The notes under the pieces: generated by a model
Databases searched by the model: none
Told to the model about the DNA's origin: nothing
The model's input: the letters and a program-made list of their open reading frames with translations, nothing else
In this document: positions 36,406 to 37,787 of the stretch, piece by piece
Numbering within the stretch: position 1 is the stretch's first letter
How the letters are laid out: each line of letters begins with the position of its first letter
Program-made: the position numbers and the translations under genes
Origin: Thermodesulfobacteriota bacterium
GTDB lineage: Bacteria; Desulfobacterota; Desulfobulbia; Desulfobulbales; SURF-16
NCBI GenBank assembly: GCA_040755455.1
Contig: JBFMAY010000041.1
Location: 1-37,787 of the forward strand
DNA length: 37,787 bases
Reading direction: 5' to 3'

Positions 36406-36941
36406 CGCTGAGCCTCACGGTATGTTGACCTGCGGAACGGCACAAGCCGGAGAGGCGGGAAAAGTCGCCGGACCGGACGCGGCACCCTGGCTGCCGGCCT
36501 CCCGGAACCGCCCCGCGCCAAGCTGTTTTCTCGAAAGGTCAATACAAGCATCAAGGGTGAAGGAAGGTATCCACTTTGTCTGAGTTAGGAAGAAACAATG
36601 CAAGATTTGGTTGGGTATCGGCCCGGAAATCCGCCGGCAGGCAGCGGCCGGCCTCCTTTCCTCTCTTCAGCTTTCAGTCATAACACAAAAAAAGCCGGGC
36701 ACAAAAGAAAAAATACAGCCAGCTTTTTCTGCCTCCCAAGCCCTGCTTTACCGGGTGCCCCTCTCTTGTCGTTTCGCTTGACCGGTAGAAAGCGGCGTCC
36801 GGTTCAAGGCCAGATTTACCTTGCCAAAACCTGTTGATTTGGCTATTTAACGATGATTCTGTCTTTACTTTCCAGGGTAAACGCGATCTCGTGTGATACC
36901 CGATATAAGGACATGGACAGTGTCGCTTTCTGATCCCAAAT

Positions 36942-37018
36942 GCGCCCGTAGCTCAGCTGGATAGAGTACCGGACTTCGAATCCGTGGGTCGGGGGTTCGA
37001 ATCCCTCCGGGCGCGCCA
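36942..37018 (+). tRNA. tRNA-Arg(UCG)
   Basis: 77-nt cloverleaf: GCGCCCG/CGGGCGC acceptor, D-loop with GGA, anticodon loop CTTCGAA, T-loop TTCGAAT, encoded CCA. Confidence 0.95.
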
Positions 37019-37026
37019 GTTATATC

Positions 37027-37060
37027 AAGCCATTAGCTCATGTGAGTTAAGGGCTTTTTT
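37027..37060 (+). terminator. terminator-like hairpin after tRNA
   Basis: AAGCCATTAGCTCA-tg-TGAGTTAAGGGCTT followed by T run. Confidence 0.6.
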
Positions 37061-37072
37061 GTCTTATTTCCA

Positions 37073-37092
37073 TATAGGGTCGCTATAGGGTC
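37073..37092 (+). repeat. 9-bp direct repeat TATAGGGTC x2
   Basis: TATAGGGTC-gc-TATAGGGTC, 55 bp after the tRNA 3' end. Confidence 0.7.
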
Positions 37093-37577
37093 AGTCATCG
37101 GGTAAAGGCGTATGACTTTTCTTCGATGACGTATTCCTCTTTTCTGACAAGAATTTTTGCCCGTGCCGAATAACCCCCTCTCGGAAAATTTGCAATTTTC
37201 AGAAAGTGACAAATTAGGACGAATGGCTGAAGTCTCAATTATACCCCCCAGCAGCCCGCACTTGAAAACGCGCTAGCCCCACAATTGGGCGAAAAACTCC
37301 TTACCCCTTCCAGCGCAATCACCGGCTGAACCGGTCACCCTGCGCCCCTTACTGAATTGATGGCGATGATGGCCATTTCCAAGAGCCGGGGGCGGGTAAC
37401 TATTGAAAGGCCGGGAATGACAGATTGAGAGCAGACTGGCCTGATTATTATGAGAAAGTTGGGGGAGAGTTGTGATTTGGGAACGAAAATGGGATATTGA
37501 TAAGGTTAAACTTGCGTAATAACACCTATCGAATTATTAGAGGGTGAGCATGTGCTTTGACAAGGTAATGAAAGTAT

Positions 37578-37787
37578 GAGCCTCTTGCAAAATGACTGAA
37601 TATTTTCCTAACGGGAAAATATCAAGTAACATATTGAAATAATTGAGCTTCATGACATATCATGGTATTGTTTTGTACCACCAAAGCAAAACCAAGGAGA
37701 ATGTCAATGAAGCTCCCCGACAAGATATCATGGTTGATGGGTTGTGTCCAAAGAAGTCTGTTTCCCCATCTGAACCAATGTTTGAAA
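37578..37787 (+). mobile_element. probable left end of an insertion sequence with 5' part of transposase (ORF from 37707, truncated by window)
   Basis: GAGCCTCTTGCAAAA resembles IS5/IS1182-type termini; RBS AAGGAG then MKLPDKISWLMGCVQRSLFPHLNQCLK, which recalls N-termini of DDE transposases; only 27 codons visible. Confidence 0.5.

Noticed and set aside
35386..36411. 341-aa plus-strand ORF (and similar 31428-34518 plus-strand ORFs)
   Set aside because: Antisense shadows of the dikinase-like genes
36415..36837. Short ORFs and a weak sigma-54-like motif upstream of dikinase A
   Set aside because: No coding signal; motif CGGCAGC-N4-GTGCC too degenerate

Overview
Bacterial chromosomal segment whose gene content and order (split Fo-only atp operon with N-terminally extended subunit c, sirC-ccsB-hemA, rubredoxin, PEP-CTERM protein, sigma-54 promoters) suggest a Desulfobacterota/deltaproteobacterial sulfur-cycling organism (inference). 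About 1-26 kb is mostly housekeeping: TPAT/TRAP genes (dctP partial, tatT), hemL, atpZ-I-B-E, nucleoside phosphorylase, rimO, IHF-beta, rluB-like, a UbiD decarboxylase, a PilZ protein, yjbQ, an MBL hydrolase, sirC-ccsB-hemA, rpmH-rnpA-yidD-yidC-jag-mnmE (not next to dnaA), a cNMP-HDOD protein, rubredoxin, hpt and bioA. The most interesting block is about 25.9-36.4 kb. It holds a sigma-54-preceded SLC13/TrkA-C permease and a sigma-54/IHF/enhancer-controlled small membrane protein plus TauE-family exporter with an extra exported N-terminal domain. These are followed by a PPP-type metallophosphoesterase and two tandem dikinase-like paralogues (ATP-grasp + phospho-His swivel + non-PEP-binding C-terminal domain), together a candidate uncharacterised phosphotransfer/transport module. 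The window ends with tRNA-Arg(UCG), an att-like AT-rich region and the probable left end of an IS. rpmH, rubredoxin, dctP, the tRNA and the transposase start are absent from the ORF track and were read by hand.
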